Counted from the stretch's first letter, positions 10,419-20,705 are shown. The stretch is 64,000 nt of DNA from an uncultured Gammaproteobacteria bacterium (GCA_964392925.1 CAYMRP010000001.1:51945-115944), one strand, 5' to 3'. Translations and numbers: made by a program. Notes: generated by a model not told the origin, from the letters alone.

Positions 10419-11285
10419 ATGACAAAAATAAAATTATCAGCCGCCATAGCCACATATAATGAAGAAGAAAATATAGCCGAGTGTTTGGACTCCATTAAAG
10501 ATATTGTCGACGAAATTGTTATCGTTGACGGCTCTTCCACAGATAAAACCGTAGAAATAGCCCGTAAATATAATGCCGTCATTGTCATTACTGACAATCC
10601 TCCAATTTTTCATATTAACAAGCAAAAAGCCTTTGATAAGGCATCAGGTGAATGGGTCCTTTATTTGGATGCAGATGAGAGGGTTAGCAAGCCATTGGGT
10701 CAGGAGATTTTAAGAGTAATTTCTATGGACAATTCTCAAATTGAAGATTACCAGCAGAGCATTAATAAAAGAAAACTATTCTTAAGACATCAGCATCTCC
10801 TGGAAGAGAGAGATGGAAAAATAGGCACTGTTGACGGAGATTATGTCGCTTTTTTCTTCCCCCGTTTAAACTACTTTTTAGGTAAATTCCTCAAATATGG
10901 CGGAGTTTACCCAGACGGGGTTATCAGGCTTTTTAAAAATAACAAAGCTTATCTGCCCGCCAAAGATGTTCACGAGCAAATGGTAGTTGACGGCAAAGTT
11001 GGTTGGCTGGCAAATGATCTAGTTCATTACGATTCCAAAACTTTCAGCAGATATTTGCAAAGAAACAGCCGCTACATCGATTTACTGGCTGCTGATCTGA
11101 GAGAACAACATTTGAAGAAAACATTATTTAATTTTGTTGATTATACTTTTATTAAGCCAACTCATTGGTTTCTGATGACTTCAATACGCAACAAAGGAAT
11201 TCTTGATGGCCCTCAAGGTTTAATCTTTTCATTCTTTTCTGCTCTCAGATTCCCAAGAGCATATTGGAGGTATATAACTAAGTGA
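10419..11285 (+). CDS. Family 2 glycosyltransferase (GT-A), possibly a polyprenyl-phosphate sugar synthase
   Basis: 288 aa. The N-terminal GT2 signature reads AAIATYNEEENIAECLDSI ... VIVDGSSTDKT ... LDADE. The protein is soluble with no TM N-terminus. Confidence 0.7.
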   Translation: MTKIKLSAAIATYNEEENIAECLDSIKDIVDEIVIVDGSSTDKTVEIARKYNAVIVITDNPPIFHINKQKAFDKASGEWVLYLDADERVSKPLGQEILRVISMDNSQIEDYQQSINKRKLFLRHQHLLEERDGKIGTVDGDYVAFFFPRLNYFLGKFLKYGGVYPDGVIRLFKNNKAYLPAKDVHEQMVVDGKVGWLANDLVHYDSKTFSRYLQRNSRYIDLLAADLREQHLKKTLFNFVDYTFIKPTHWFLMTSIRNKGILDGPQGLIFSFFSALRFPRAYWRYITK

Positions 11286-12316
11286 AAGTCGGTATCGATA
11301 TTTCCTCACTTCATTCGCTAAGTAAGGGCCGTGGTATAGGCTTCTATACTCAAGCGCTGATAGATTCTCTAAAAAAGTATACTGATGTTGAAATAAAAGT
11401 AATTGAATCCATCAATCAGCAGCAGAATGTAGATCTCATTCATTATCCCTTTTTTGATTTTTTCAGACCAACTCTAAAAATTAATAATTATATCCCCACA
11501 GTAGTCACCATTCATGATGTAATCCCTTTATTATTCCCTAAGAATTATCCCCCGGGGATTAGAGGCCGGGTAAATCTATTCCTCCAAAAACAATCGCTAA
11601 ATAAAACTAAAGCAATTATCACCGATTCTAAATCATCAACCAACGATATTACTAAAATTTTAAAAGTCCCGCAAAATAAAGTTCACACCGTTTACTTAGC
11701 GAGTTCTGAGCATTTTACAAAACTTACTGAAAAAGAAATAAACGAAAGAACCAAAAAGTTCAATCTTCCTGAAATATTTGCGCTGTACAGCGGCGGTGTA
11801 AATTGGAATAAGAATCTTATTAATCAAACCGAAGCTGCCCTAAAAAGCGATATCGATCTGGTTTTAGTCGGTGGAGGTTTTGATAACAAAAACAATTTAG
11901 ATCATCCAGAGATGAAAGAATTCAAACAATTTCTTAATAAGTATCAAAACAATCCTAAAATCCATATCTTAGGTTTTGTCTCAGATGAAGAACTAGTCGG
12001 GTTAATGAATAGAGCAAAAGCACTCCTATTTGCCTCTCGTTATGAAGGATTTGGTCTCCCAATCTTGGAGTCACAAGCCTGTGGCACTCCTATAATAACT
12101 GGAAATATATCATCAATGCCGGAAGTTGCGGGTGACGGGGCAATTCTCGTTGATCCCAACTCTGTTGATCAAATTAGCTTAAGTCTAAGTAACATTATTC
12201 ATGACGAAGATAATCGTAAACTAGTAATAAAAAAAGGATTTGAGAATTTAAATAATTTTTCCTGGAAAAAAACAGCAGTCGAAACACTAAAAGTTTACCA
12301 AAATGCGCTGGGATAA
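11282..12316 (+). CDS. Family 4 (GT-B, GT1 superfamily) glycosyltransferase
   Basis: 344 aa. The C-terminal GT4 motif reads EGFGLPILESQACGTPIITGNISSMPEVAGDGAILVDP. Confidence 0.75.
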   Translation: MKVGIDISSLHSLSKGRGIGFYTQALIDSLKKYTDVEIKVIESINQQQNVDLIHYPFFDFFRPTLKINNYIPTVVTIHDVIPLLFPKNYPPGIRGRVNLFLQKQSLNKTKAIITDSKSSTNDITKILKVPQNKVHTVYLASSEHFTKLTEKEINERTKKFNLPEIFALYSGGVNWNKNLINQTEAALKSDIDLVLVGGGFDNKNNLDHPEMKEFKQFLNKYQNNPKIHILGFVSDEELVGLMNRAKALLFASRYEGFGLPILESQACGTPIITGNISSMPEVAGDGAILVDPNSVDQISLSLSNIIHDEDNRKLVIKKGFENLNNFSWKKTAVETLKVYQNALG

Positions 12317-13457
12317 ATTTCTAAAATTCGATTCAAATTACTCGGCTATTATCTGCCTTTTTATAATTTGGAAAATCGTACTTTTACTTGTTCTCCTCGC
12401 CTCATTTGAATTCATTCCTCTCTACAGCAAACACCTTCTCGGTGGAGGCTTTGATAATTATCTAGTCAATTTTTACTCTCTGCCATGGGCAAATTTTGAT
12501 GGAGAACATTTTACTTCAATTGCCCAATTCGGTTACAGACAATACCAGCAAGCATTTTTCCCTCTATATCCAAATCTTATTTCCATTGGTATGAATATAT
12601 TTGGCGAGAATATTAGAATTGCCGCAATTAGCGGATTGATAATATCATCAGTCGCTTTTATATCAGCTCTCGGACTTTTCTATAAATTATTAAAACTAGA
12701 TTACAACAGAAATTTTTCTTTGGGTGTTATTCTTATTCTACTTTTATATCCCGCCTCCTTTTACTTTAATGCTGTATATACTGAATCAATCTTTTTATTT
12801 TTAGTAGTAGCCTCATTCTATTTTTTTAGAACTAAAAGCTATTTTTGGGCTGGAATTTTTGGCTTTTTAGCCTCAACAACCAGAGTGTTCGGCGTATTAT
12901 TATTCTTAAGTTTTATCATTGATGCCCTAGCAAGTAAAACTCCTTTAAGAAAAATTTATTGGATTCTGTTAATCCCTGCAGGTCTTATAAGTTACATGGC
13001 CTATCTTTATTATAGCGTTGGTGATCCGCTGGCATTCTATAGTCTTCAGCTAATAGTTGGGGAGCAGCATCAGCGGGGTATTGTTCTCTTTCCTCAAGTA
13101 GTCTTCCGTTATCTAAAAATCATAGTAGATGTAGATTCTATTTCTCCACTTTTGACGACAATTCTTTTCGAATTAGCAACCGGAATTGTTTTTATGCTTC
13201 TGCCCATAATTGGTTTATTCAAAAAAGTCAGACTCTCTTATTTATTCTTTGCTTTTGCCGGTTTTGTTTTGCCAACTATCCAAGGAAGTTTTTCTTCCCT
13301 TCCCCGCTATGTTCTGATATTATTCCCTAGCTTTATAGTCCTGGCACTTATGGTTAAAAATTTACCAACCTCAATAAAAATTCTACTGGCTCTTATTAGC
13401 TTCTGTCTGTTGATACTTGAAACTGCCTTTTTCTTAAGAGGGTATTGGGTAGCCTGA
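12303..13457 (+). CDS. Polytopic membrane protein, putative GT-C glycosyltransferase (PIG-V/GT87-like); paralog of 62046-63185
   Basis: 384 aa with about 10 TM segments. It shares the motifs WANFDGEHF and FSSLPRYVLILFP with the 62046 ORF (WANFDGVHY; FSGLPRYLIVIFP). Confidence 0.55.
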   Translation: MRWDKFLKFDSNYSAIICLFIIWKIVLLLVLLASFEFIPLYSKHLLGGGFDNYLVNFYSLPWANFDGEHFTSIAQFGYRQYQQAFFPLYPNLISIGMNIFGENIRIAAISGLIISSVAFISALGLFYKLLKLDYNRNFSLGVILILLLYPASFYFNAVYTESIFLFLVVASFYFFRTKSYFWAGIFGFLASTTRVFGVLLFLSFIIDALASKTPLRKIYWILLIPAGLISYMAYLYYSVGDPLAFYSLQLIVGEQHQRGIVLFPQVVFRYLKIIVDVDSISPLLTTILFELATGIVFMLLPIIGLFKKVRLSYLFFAFAGFVLPTIQGSFSSLPRYVLILFPSFIVLALMVKNLPTSIKILLALISFCLLILETAFFLRGYWVA

Positions 13458-14128
13458 TGAAAACCGCTGTTGTTTTACCAATATTCAACGAACAAAAGAA
13501 TCTTAGCAGTTTTCTAAACACTCTCGCAAAAATCACACTTCCTGTTTTTCTAGTTAACGATGGATCAACTGACAAAACCCTCGAAATAATTAATAAAAAG
13601 CACCTAACAAAAAAAGTCACTCTAATGTCGCACAAAATTAATCTTGGCAAGGGCTCAGCAATGAGAACTGGCGCAGAGGCTGCTTTTCAGGCTGGATATG
13701 AAGCCGTCATATTTATGGATGCCGACGGTCAACATAGCACCGAAGATCTAGAAAAATTTACCAAACAATTAAATACCGGAAACTATGAGGTAGTGTTGGG
13801 ATCACGTAATCTACATCACGGCGTGCCCCTAATTAGGTTTCTAGGCAATAAATTTGCTTCAGTTTTGATATCCTTATTGTTTGGGATTTATGTATCAGAT
13901 ATACTTTCTGGATTCAGGGCAGTGACAAAAACTGGATATAAAAAAATGAATCTTGAGTCAGCCGGATACGGGATTGAAACAGAAATAATCGTAAAAATTG
14001 CCAAACTTAATTTAAAAAGTACCGAGGTTCCAATCCAAACGATCTACCATGATAAAAATAAAGGCGTAACAATTTTGGATTCTATAGGAATTCTTGCAGA
14101 TGTTTTTAAGTGGAAATTGAACTTATGA
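13445..14128 (+). CDS. GT2 polyprenyl-phosphate sugar synthase (Dpm1/GtrB-like)
   Basis: 227 aa (VLPIFNEQKNL ... LVNDGSTDKT ... DADGQH). It is immediately followed by a small DUF2304-like membrane protein, which is a known two-gene module. Confidence 0.7.
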   Translation: MGSLMKTAVVLPIFNEQKNLSSFLNTLAKITLPVFLVNDGSTDKTLEIINKKHLTKKVTLMSHKINLGKGSAMRTGAEAAFQAGYEAVIFMDADGQHSTEDLEKFTKQLNTGNYEVVLGSRNLHHGVPLIRFLGNKFASVLISLLFGIYVSDILSGFRAVTKTGYKKMNLESAGYGIETEIIVKIAKLNLKSTEVPIQTIYHDKNKGVTILDSIGILADVFKWKLNL

Positions 14129-14472
14129 TAATTGGTCTACAACTCATCGCCATAATATTTTCATTAATTATGATCTACTTCGCTTACCTTCACTTCATGA
14201 GAGGTGAACTAAATAAAGGCGAAATTGCTTCATGGTGGGTAATATGGACCGCTACAATAATCGTTACAATCTTCCCTGATTTACTAAGCGGCTTTGCTAG
14301 AACTATTTCAATAAATCGCGTTTTCGATTTAATGGTCGTCGGTGGATTTATCGTAGTTATTTTTATGTCATACAAAGCCTATGTCGGAACAAAAAAAATT
14401 CAGCGGAAAATTGACGAATTCATCCGCAAAGAATCCTTAAAGGACCTCCAAAATGGCAAAAAAAGTAAGTAA
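14110..14472 (+). CDS. Small membrane protein, DUF2304-like partner of the polyprenyl-phosphate GT2
   Basis: 120 aa with 3-4 TM helices. It overlaps the 3' end of the GT2 gene. Confidence 0.5.
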   Translation: MEIELMIIGLQLIAIIFSLIMIYFAYLHFMRGELNKGEIASWWVIWTATIIVTIFPDLLSGFARTISINRVFDLMVVGGFIVVIFMSYKAYVGTKKIQRKIDEFIRKESLKDLQNGKKSK

Positions 14473-15253
14473 TAATTCTCTGCCAAAAATCTCCATCGTC
14501 ATGCCTGTCTTTAACGGTGAAAGCTATATAAAACAAGCGATCGACTCTATCCTAACGCAGGATTACCCTAATTTTGAGCTATTTATAAAAGATGGCGGCT
14601 CCAAAGATTCGACAATCAAAATTCTTAAGGAGTATGCCAAAAAGTATCCATTAAAAATTAGATGGATCTCAAAAAAAGATCAAGGTCAGGCGGATGCGAT
14701 CAATTACGGCTTAAATCAGATAAATGGGGAAGTGATAGCCTACTTAAATGCAGATGATGTATACAAGCCAGGCACTTTTAAAATAGTGGGAGAGTATTTT
14801 ATGAATAATCCTCGTAAACTTTGGCTTATTGGTAAATGCGATATCATAAATAATCAAAACAAAGAAATTAGAAAACTAATAACTTTCTATAAAAACTTTT
14901 GGCTCAGTATCTATTCATATAATGTCCTTCTGGTTTTGAATTTTATATCTCAAATGGCAGTTTTTTGGCGAAAAGAAGCATTTGAAAAAGTTGGCAATTT
15001 TGATGCTTCGCAATACTATGTTATGGATTATGATTATTGGCTTCGCTTAGGAAAAGTTGGAAATCCCGGAATAATTGATAAATACCTGGCTAGTTTCAGG
15101 GTGATAAATTCCTCAAAAAGTTCAACCGGTTTTATAAAACAGTTTGCTGACGAGTACAAAGTTGCCGGAAAATATACTAAAAATAAATTACTTTTGAATT
15201 TACATCTTATTCATACTAGAATAATAACTTCAGTCTATAGAATTCTTAGTTAA
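14453..15253 (+). CDS. Family 2 glycosyltransferase
   Basis: 266 aa ([24 protein letters not shown] ... KDGGSKDST ... NADD). Confidence 0.75.
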   Translation: MAKKVSNNSLPKISIVMPVFNGESYIKQAIDSILTQDYPNFELFIKDGGSKDSTIKILKEYAKKYPLKIRWISKKDQGQADAINYGLNQINGEVIAYLNADDVYKPGTFKIVGEYFMNNPRKLWLIGKCDIINNQNKEIRKLITFYKNFWLSIYSYNVLLVLNFISQMAVFWRKEAFEKVGNFDASQYYVMDYDYWLRLGKVGNPGIIDKYLASFRVINSSKSSTGFIKQFADEYKVAGKYTKNKLLLNLHLIHTRIITSVYRILS

Positions 15254-15254
15254 G

Positions 15255-16205
15255 ATGATCAGTAAAAATAAACCAAATTCTTTCTGGCACAATAAAAAAG
15301 TCCTTCTAACTGGCGGTTCTGGCTTCCTTGGAAGTGTGATAACTAAAAAACTTCGTGAAATGGGCGTAGAACCAATTATTCCTAGATCCAAATCTGAAGA
15401 CTTAAGAATTCAATCTGTAGCGAAAAAAGTTGTTAAAGGTATCGATATCGTAATTCATGCAGCTGGCAATGTTGGCGGTATAGGCTATAATCGTGAACAT
15501 CCTGGAACTCTTTTTTACGACAATTTAATGATGGGAGTTCAATTAATGGAGGAAGCCAGACTTGCAGGAGTAGATAAATTTGTCGCGATAGGCACAATCT
15601 GTGCTTATCCTAAATTTACCCCAATACCTTTTAAAGAAACCGACATTTGGAATGGATACCCAGAAGAAACAAATGCCCCTTATGGACTTGCCAAGAAAAT
15701 GTTATTAGTCCAGTCAGAATCATACCGTCAGGAGTTCGGATTCAATTCAATATTTATTTTGCCTGTTAATCTTTACGGCCCAGGTGATAATTTTGATCCC
15801 GAATCAAGTCACGTTATCCCGGCCCTTATAAAAAAATTCACCGAAGCGGTAAATAATAATGATAAGTCAGTTACTGTTTGGGGTTCTGGAAATGCCACCA
15901 GAGAGTTTCTCTATGTCGATGACTGTGCCGACGGAATCCTAAAAGCAGCCGAACTCTATGACAAATCCGATCCCGTAAATCTTGGGTCTTCTTTTGAAAT
16001 CTCAATTAAAGATTTAGCGAGTTTAATTGCAAAACTCACTAATTTTAACGGAGAAATTATTTGGGATAAATCAAAACCCGATGGCCAGCCCCGAAGAAAA
16101 TTAGATACCGCAAAAGCCGAAGAAGAATTTGGATTTAAATCCAAAGTAAATTTTGAAGAAGGTCTCAGAAAGACTATAGAATGGTATAAGAATACAAAAC
16201 CATAA
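15255..16205 (+). CDS. fcl: GDP-L-fucose synthase (GDP-4-keto-6-deoxy-D-mannose 3,5-epimerase-4-reductase)
   Basis: 316 aa SDR with [12 protein letters not shown], the catalytic YGLAKK and the Fcl-typical ICAYPKF / [14 protein letters not shown] regions. Confidence 0.75.
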   Translation: MISKNKPNSFWHNKKVLLTGGSGFLGSVITKKLREMGVEPIIPRSKSEDLRIQSVAKKVVKGIDIVIHAAGNVGGIGYNREHPGTLFYDNLMMGVQLMEEARLAGVDKFVAIGTICAYPKFTPIPFKETDIWNGYPEETNAPYGLAKKMLLVQSESYRQEFGFNSIFILPVNLYGPGDNFDPESSHVIPALIKKFTEAVNNNDKSVTVWGSGNATREFLYVDDCADGILKAAELYDKSDPVNLGSSFEISIKDLASLIAKLTNFNGEIIWDKSKPDGQPRRKLDTAKAEEEFGFKSKVNFEEGLRKTIEWYKNTKP

Positions 16206-16220
16206 ATCCTCACAATATAA

Positions 16221-18050
16221 ATGGCATTATCCATAATCCCTAAACTATTACTGCTTATATACGGTTATATTTTTTTATCCACAGAATTTTTCTCCCTTTT
16301 CAATCTGATTTCAAGACAATGGCTATTACCTCTTGATTCTCTTTTTATAATTTTTCTATTCTATTTTTACAGAAATGACATTCAGAATCTATTCAATTCG
16401 ATAAATTTCAAATCTCTGCCCATTCAAATTCTAATATTACTTTTCTCTGTCACTTTTGTTCAGGGATTGTTTAGTGCACCGAGCACTACAGACAGTATGG
16501 TCTATCACATTCCCCGGGTCATGTACTGGATGCAGGAGCAAACTCTCTTTCAAAATGTAATTAGAGGCTCACATGACTTTATGGCACCCTTCGGTGAATA
16601 TATCACGTTGCATCTCTATTTCATTTCGGGCAGCGATAGATTTCTTTTTCTTTCCCAATGGCTAGCATATTTATCTTCTGTAGTTCTTTGCGTTTTAATA
16701 TCCAAAGAATTCTTTGATAAAAAAATCAGGTCTGACTACCTAGCCCTATTCGCCGCCGCGCTTCCAATAGCAGTTCTTCAGTCCTCAAGTACGCAGACTG
16801 ATTTGGTAACTACTGTTATAGTTCTTCTCAGTACCTACTATGCGCTGCGTTTTAGAAAGATGCCTAGTCTCAGAAACTCACTCGCCGTTGGATTATCAAT
16901 TGGTCTTGGAATTTTAACTAAAGCGACATTTGTAATCTTTAGCATAATTCCAATCGCCATTTTAGTTTTAATGATTTGGGAAAACAAAAAAAACTGGAAA
17001 AAAATAATCATCCTTCTGGCAGTTGCAGTACTATTATCCCTAACTCTTCAACTAAGATTTTTTTCTCAAAACCTATCTCTTTTCGGCAGTATATCTGGCC
17101 AACCAATTATTGAAGAGGGGAGTGGTTACACGAATGAACTTTTATCTGGACCAATAATTATCTCAAACTTAATTAGGAATTCTTTTATAAATCTTCCACT
17201 GCCTCTTATTAATATTCCCGTTCAAAGTTTTATATACATATTTCATGATCTAATTAATCTCGACCCAAATGATCCCAAAACTACCTATTCAGGCACGATT
17301 TTTAAAGTTTCCCCCATTATCTATCCTCAAGAGGATATAGTAGCCAGTCCGATACATTTCATTTTGATTCTAGTAGGAGGAGTATATATTTTGTTTAACA
17401 GAAGAAGTTTTAAAGATTCTAAACTGCCTATATTTATCTACACAATTTCAATCGCCTCATTTTTTATCTTCTCATCACTCTTAAAATGGCAGCCCTTCCA
17501 TTCAAGACTGTTAATTCCTTTCCTCTTAATTGGATCTATTAGCTCATACGTAATATTAGCCAAACAGAAATATCTCGAATTGCCTTTAAAAATAGTTGTA
17601 TCTATAAGTGTTATCTTGGCTTTTCTTTTAGCGATTCTAAATGTCTCAAGAAGTTACTTGCCGTATAAAGTATTCATTCAGTACATTAACCATTTCACTC
17701 TGCCTTTGGCTTCTGTCCCGGAGCCATTTTTCCAAAAATCTCGCATTAGTCAATATTTTAATTCCCGGTATTATTGGGAAAAACCATATCGTCAGGTCAT
17801 AGATCAACTAGAAATCAATAATTCCTCACAGGAAATCTCATTTCATCTTATGGATGAATTTGAGTATCCTTTTTGGGTTCTGCTAAAAGATGCGGGCTTA
17901 AATTTCCATATCACACCTCATGCTGACGCATCGGACAACACTATACTAATAACAACATCCAAAGAATCTTTTAAAAAAGATGGCTTTGTTACCAGCTGTT
18001 ATAAAACAGAACTAGAATACGGGTTTGCCTGCATTTCTCAAAAAAGATAA
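16221..18050 (+). CDS. Large polytopic membrane protein (609 aa), possible GT-C glycosyltransferase or polymerase-like protein
   Basis: At least 12 predicted TM segments over the N-terminal ~480 aa, followed by a soluble C-terminal region. No soluble-enzyme motif was seen. Confidence 0.4.
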   Translation: MALSIIPKLLLLIYGYIFLSTEFFSLFNLISRQWLLPLDSLFIIFLFYFYRNDIQNLFNSINFKSLPIQILILLFSVTFVQGLFSAPSTTDSMVYHIPRVMYWMQEQTLFQNVIRGSHDFMAPFGEYITLHLYFISGSDRFLFLSQWLAYLSSVVLCVLISKEFFDKKIRSDYLALFAAALPIAVLQSSSTQTDLVTTVIVLLSTYYALRFRKMPSLRNSLAVGLSIGLGILTKATFVIFSIIPIAILVLMIWENKKNWKKIIILLAVAVLLSLTLQLRFFSQNLSLFGSISGQPIIEEGSGYTNELLSGPIIISNLIRNSFINLPLPLINIPVQSFIYIFHDLINLDPNDPKTTYSGTIFKVSPIIYPQEDIVASPIHFILILVGGVYILFNRRSFKDSKLPIFIYTISIASFFIFSSLLKWQPFHSRLLIPFLLIGSISSYVILAKQKYLELPLKIVVSISVILAFLLAILNVSRSYLPYKVFIQYINHFTLPLASVPEPFFQKSRISQYFNSRYYWEKPYRQVIDQLEINNSSQEISFHLMDEFEYPFWVLLKDAGLNFHITPHADASDNTILITTSKESFKKDGFVTSCYKTELEYGFACISQKR

Positions 18051-18051
18051 C

Positions 18052-18840
18052 TCACTTTATCAGGTATTTTTCCCAAAAACTTCTCTCGTACTTTGCCCAA
18101 GCATGGCAACCAAACGGTATTTGTTTATGATTTAATTCAAAACATTTTCCAGGATATTTTTCGATAGAAAATTTTAAAGCTTCATTAAAAGGTGCAATTT
18201 TAAATTTAGGAGAATACTTAATTGCCTCAAAGGACCAAAACCCATCCTCATTAAAAGGATAATCTTTCGCTGGTGCATTCAGCCATTGACCATGTGTCTT
18301 CCTTTCAAAAAGGGCCTTCAAGAACCAAAATTTACGTATCATTGGGTTGACTGACTGTCTCTTAGCCGATTCCTTCGTAATTTGAATCACTTTAATAAAT
18401 GATGAAACTTTCCTCAATGAAAGTCCGCCATTCCCTCCAGTAAATTTCTCACCCATTTTATGAGTTAACCTACCAATAATTGATTCAAACAAAGGAGCCC
18501 CGATATAATCAAATCCTCGTCCGCACCAGTCGTTTAACTTATCAGAAAATACTAGAGCATCAAGCTGGTATATTAGTACATATTCATATTTACTAAAGCG
18601 CTGATAAAATTCCTCGCTATTCATAAGTTCAGAATACTTACTTAAAGATTGGAAAAAATATGATGGAAAATGTTCAATCTTTAGTCGTGATAAATCCAAA
18701 GTTATGTTAGGAATTGAATCAGGAAGAACTAGATATTTATCATAATTATTTAGATATTTATTCAAATGCTTTACAGAAGTTTTTTCATCCGGTGTTAACT
18801 TCTTTCTGTAGTGGGGGATTATTATTGCAACTTTCTTCAT
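18052..18840 (-). CDS. Hypothetical soluble protein (262 aa), possibly a glycosyltransferase-like or DUF-type enzyme
   Basis: A long ORF that abuts the 3' end of the previous gene on the opposite strand. I recognised no family motif. It has a YQLDALVFSD region. Confidence 0.5.
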   Translation of the reverse strand: MKKVAIIIPHYRKKLTPDEKTSVKHLNKYLNNYDKYLVLPDSIPNITLDLSRLKIEHFPSYFFQSLSKYSELMNSEEFYQRFSKYEYVLIYQLDALVFSDKLNDWCGRGFDYIGAPLFESIIGRLTHKMGEKFTGGNGGLSLRKVSSFIKVIQITKESAKRQSVNPMIRKFWFLKALFERKTHGQWLNAPAKDYPFNEDGFWSFEAIKYSPKFKIAPFNEALKFSIEKYPGKCFELNHKQIPFGCHAWAKYERSFWEKYLIK

Positions 18841-18954
18841 CAGATTTACTTTATACTAAATTCATTTACTAAATTTAGCAATTCCCAAATCTAGAGATGG
18901 TAAATTTCCTAGTTGTAAAAAAAAAGAATTTAATCAAAAATATGCATATCTATA
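18841..18954. promoter_or_regulatory. Divergent intergenic region with an AT-rich near-palindrome (TTACTAAATTTAGCAA); candidate bidirectional promoter/operator
   Basis: This is the only sizeable non-coding gap in the island (114 bp), lying between divergently transcribed genes. The imperfect inverted repeat and the duplicated ACTAAATT were read directly from the sequence. Confidence 0.2.
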
Positions 18955-19674
18955 ATGAGTAAATACATCAAACATCTAACAGACCTATCTAGTAATAAAA
19001 CTTTTGGCAGAAAAAAAGATTATATAGATTATAATCTTGGCAAATATTTTAGAAAAACACCTCTAAGTCATTTAAAGGTTTTAGAAATAGGTCCTGGCTT
19101 CGGCGAATTTGAAAGTTATTTAAATGACAAAAATATCTACAATATCGACATTATTGATAATGATAAAAGTGTATTGGGTCATGTTTCAAAAAACTTCAAA
19201 ATTAAAAACAGTTATCTATCCAGTAATTTTTTGAACATTAAGACGAAATTAGGTCCCTACGACTTTATATTTCTCATGCAGGTCCTAGAACATCTACCAG
19301 TCGATAAACTCGGTCAGGTTGTTAATTTCTTATACAATAATCTAGCTCCAAACGGAGTGCTTATCTTCGTTGTTCCAAACGGTAATAATCCTTTAGGATT
19401 AATTGAAAGATATGCCGACCTCCAACACACTACCTGTTTTACAGAGCAGTCCCTCAAGGATTTAGTCAATCTCTCAAAAATAAAAAACTACAAAATAGAA
19501 ATAACTGGTTATCAAATCCCTCCCTATGATTTAATAAATCTAGTTAGAATAGTCGCCCAAAAAATTCTCCATTTTTTCCTGCTGCTGATCTTGATTATTA
19601 ACGGAGGTGTTTTCTTTAAGACAATGACACCCAATATTATGCTTACGATTAGAAAAAATAACGCCTCAAGATGA
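18955..19674 (+). CDS. Class I SAM-dependent methyltransferase
   Basis: 239 aa. Motif I reads LKVLEIGPGFGEF. It also has a LMQVLEHL region. Confidence 0.65.
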   Translation: MSKYIKHLTDLSSNKTFGRKKDYIDYNLGKYFRKTPLSHLKVLEIGPGFGEFESYLNDKNIYNIDIIDNDKSVLGHVSKNFKIKNSYLSSNFLNIKTKLGPYDFIFLMQVLEHLPVDKLGQVVNFLYNNLAPNGVLIFVVPNGNNPLGLIERYADLQHTTCFTEQSLKDLVNLSKIKNYKIEITGYQIPPYDLINLVRIVAQKILHFFLLLILIINGGVFFKTMTPNIMLTIRKNNASR

Positions 19675-20703
19675 TTAGGTAAGGATATGATCACTTTTAA
19701 ATTCTGTGTACAGCTTTTCTGTTTGTAAAATAATCTTTTTCAGTTCAGCTTTTGTCCTGGTTCTATCCGAACCCCAATACTTTGTGATTAAATTCTTTTG
19801 TTTCTGTGTTATTTTATAATTAAGTTTAGAAAATTCTTCAAGTACCTCTACATAACCTTCAGATTTAAAACCTTCATTTATTCTTTTATTCCAATTCCGG
19901 CTTGTCTTCATTTTTAATTCCTCACTAATTACGATATGAGGCTTGTTCATGTATATACAAAATCCTACATGAGAACTGACAATATTTGAGGCTGTAAGAT
20001 CCGAAATACTAATCAAACTTTTCAGTCTTGGTAAAAATAATGGATCAAGCATATGTCCTGCAGTTACGCACTCGAATCCAAAATCCTGGTAGGTTTTATG
20101 TCTTCCCAGCAGAATATCTTTCCAATAGAGACAAATTCTCACTGTTCGGTCACCTGCAATCTTTTTAATTTTCCTGCATAATTTTTTAATATCGTACTCA
20201 AATCCAATAACTGGAGTCGAATGAGCCGGGAAAAAAAGTAAAGATTCTCCTAAGCGCTTTTTCTCTTTTTCGATTTCCCCATCAGTTAAATAACTCTTCG
20301 CATAATGAATAAATGGTCCAATGCTAAACATATTCGGCCGGTATTCTCTTAGAATTTTTAATCTGTAATCTGAGTAAGTGATAATAGTAGGCAAATCAGC
20401 CTCGACATCAAGATTATCGACTTGATCATTGAGATAAAGTCCGTGTTCGAGTATAAATTTAAATTGATAATTCTTCTCAAGTCCTAAATATGTCTTCAAA
20501 TTACTTGCATGCCCATACCAATCATTTGGTTGATGGATTTCATTCGTAAAAGGAGCAAACATGCTGATCTTTTGTGAAAGCGGAACAATAGATGTCAAAG
20601 GCATTCTCGCTCGTTCGCTAAGACTATTATTATGTATAAAAACCGATAAAGGATTTTTATTTGCAGCGTAAAGTAATTTTTTTACCGGTTTTCTAAAGTT
20701 CAT
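19675..20703 (-). CDS. Hypothetical protein (342 aa)
   Basis: A long ORF with no recognisable motif. Its 3' end abuts the MTase gene on the opposite strand. Confidence 0.5.
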   Translation of the reverse strand: MNFRKPVKKLLYAANKNPLSVFIHNNSLSERARMPLTSIVPLSQKISMFAPFTNEIHQPNDWYGHASNLKTYLGLEKNYQFKFILEHGLYLNDQVDNLDVEADLPTIITYSDYRLKILREYRPNMFSIGPFIHYAKSYLTDGEIEKEKKRLGESLLFFPAHSTPVIGFEYDIKKLCRKIKKIAGDRTVRICLYWKDILLGRHKTYQDFGFECVTAGHMLDPLFLPRLKSLISISDLTASNIVSSHVGFCIYMNKPHIVISEELKMKTSRNWNKRINEGFKSEGYVEVLEEFSKLNYKITQKQKNLITKYWGSDRTRTKAELKKIILQTEKLYTEFKSDHILT

Positions 20704-20705
20704 TT

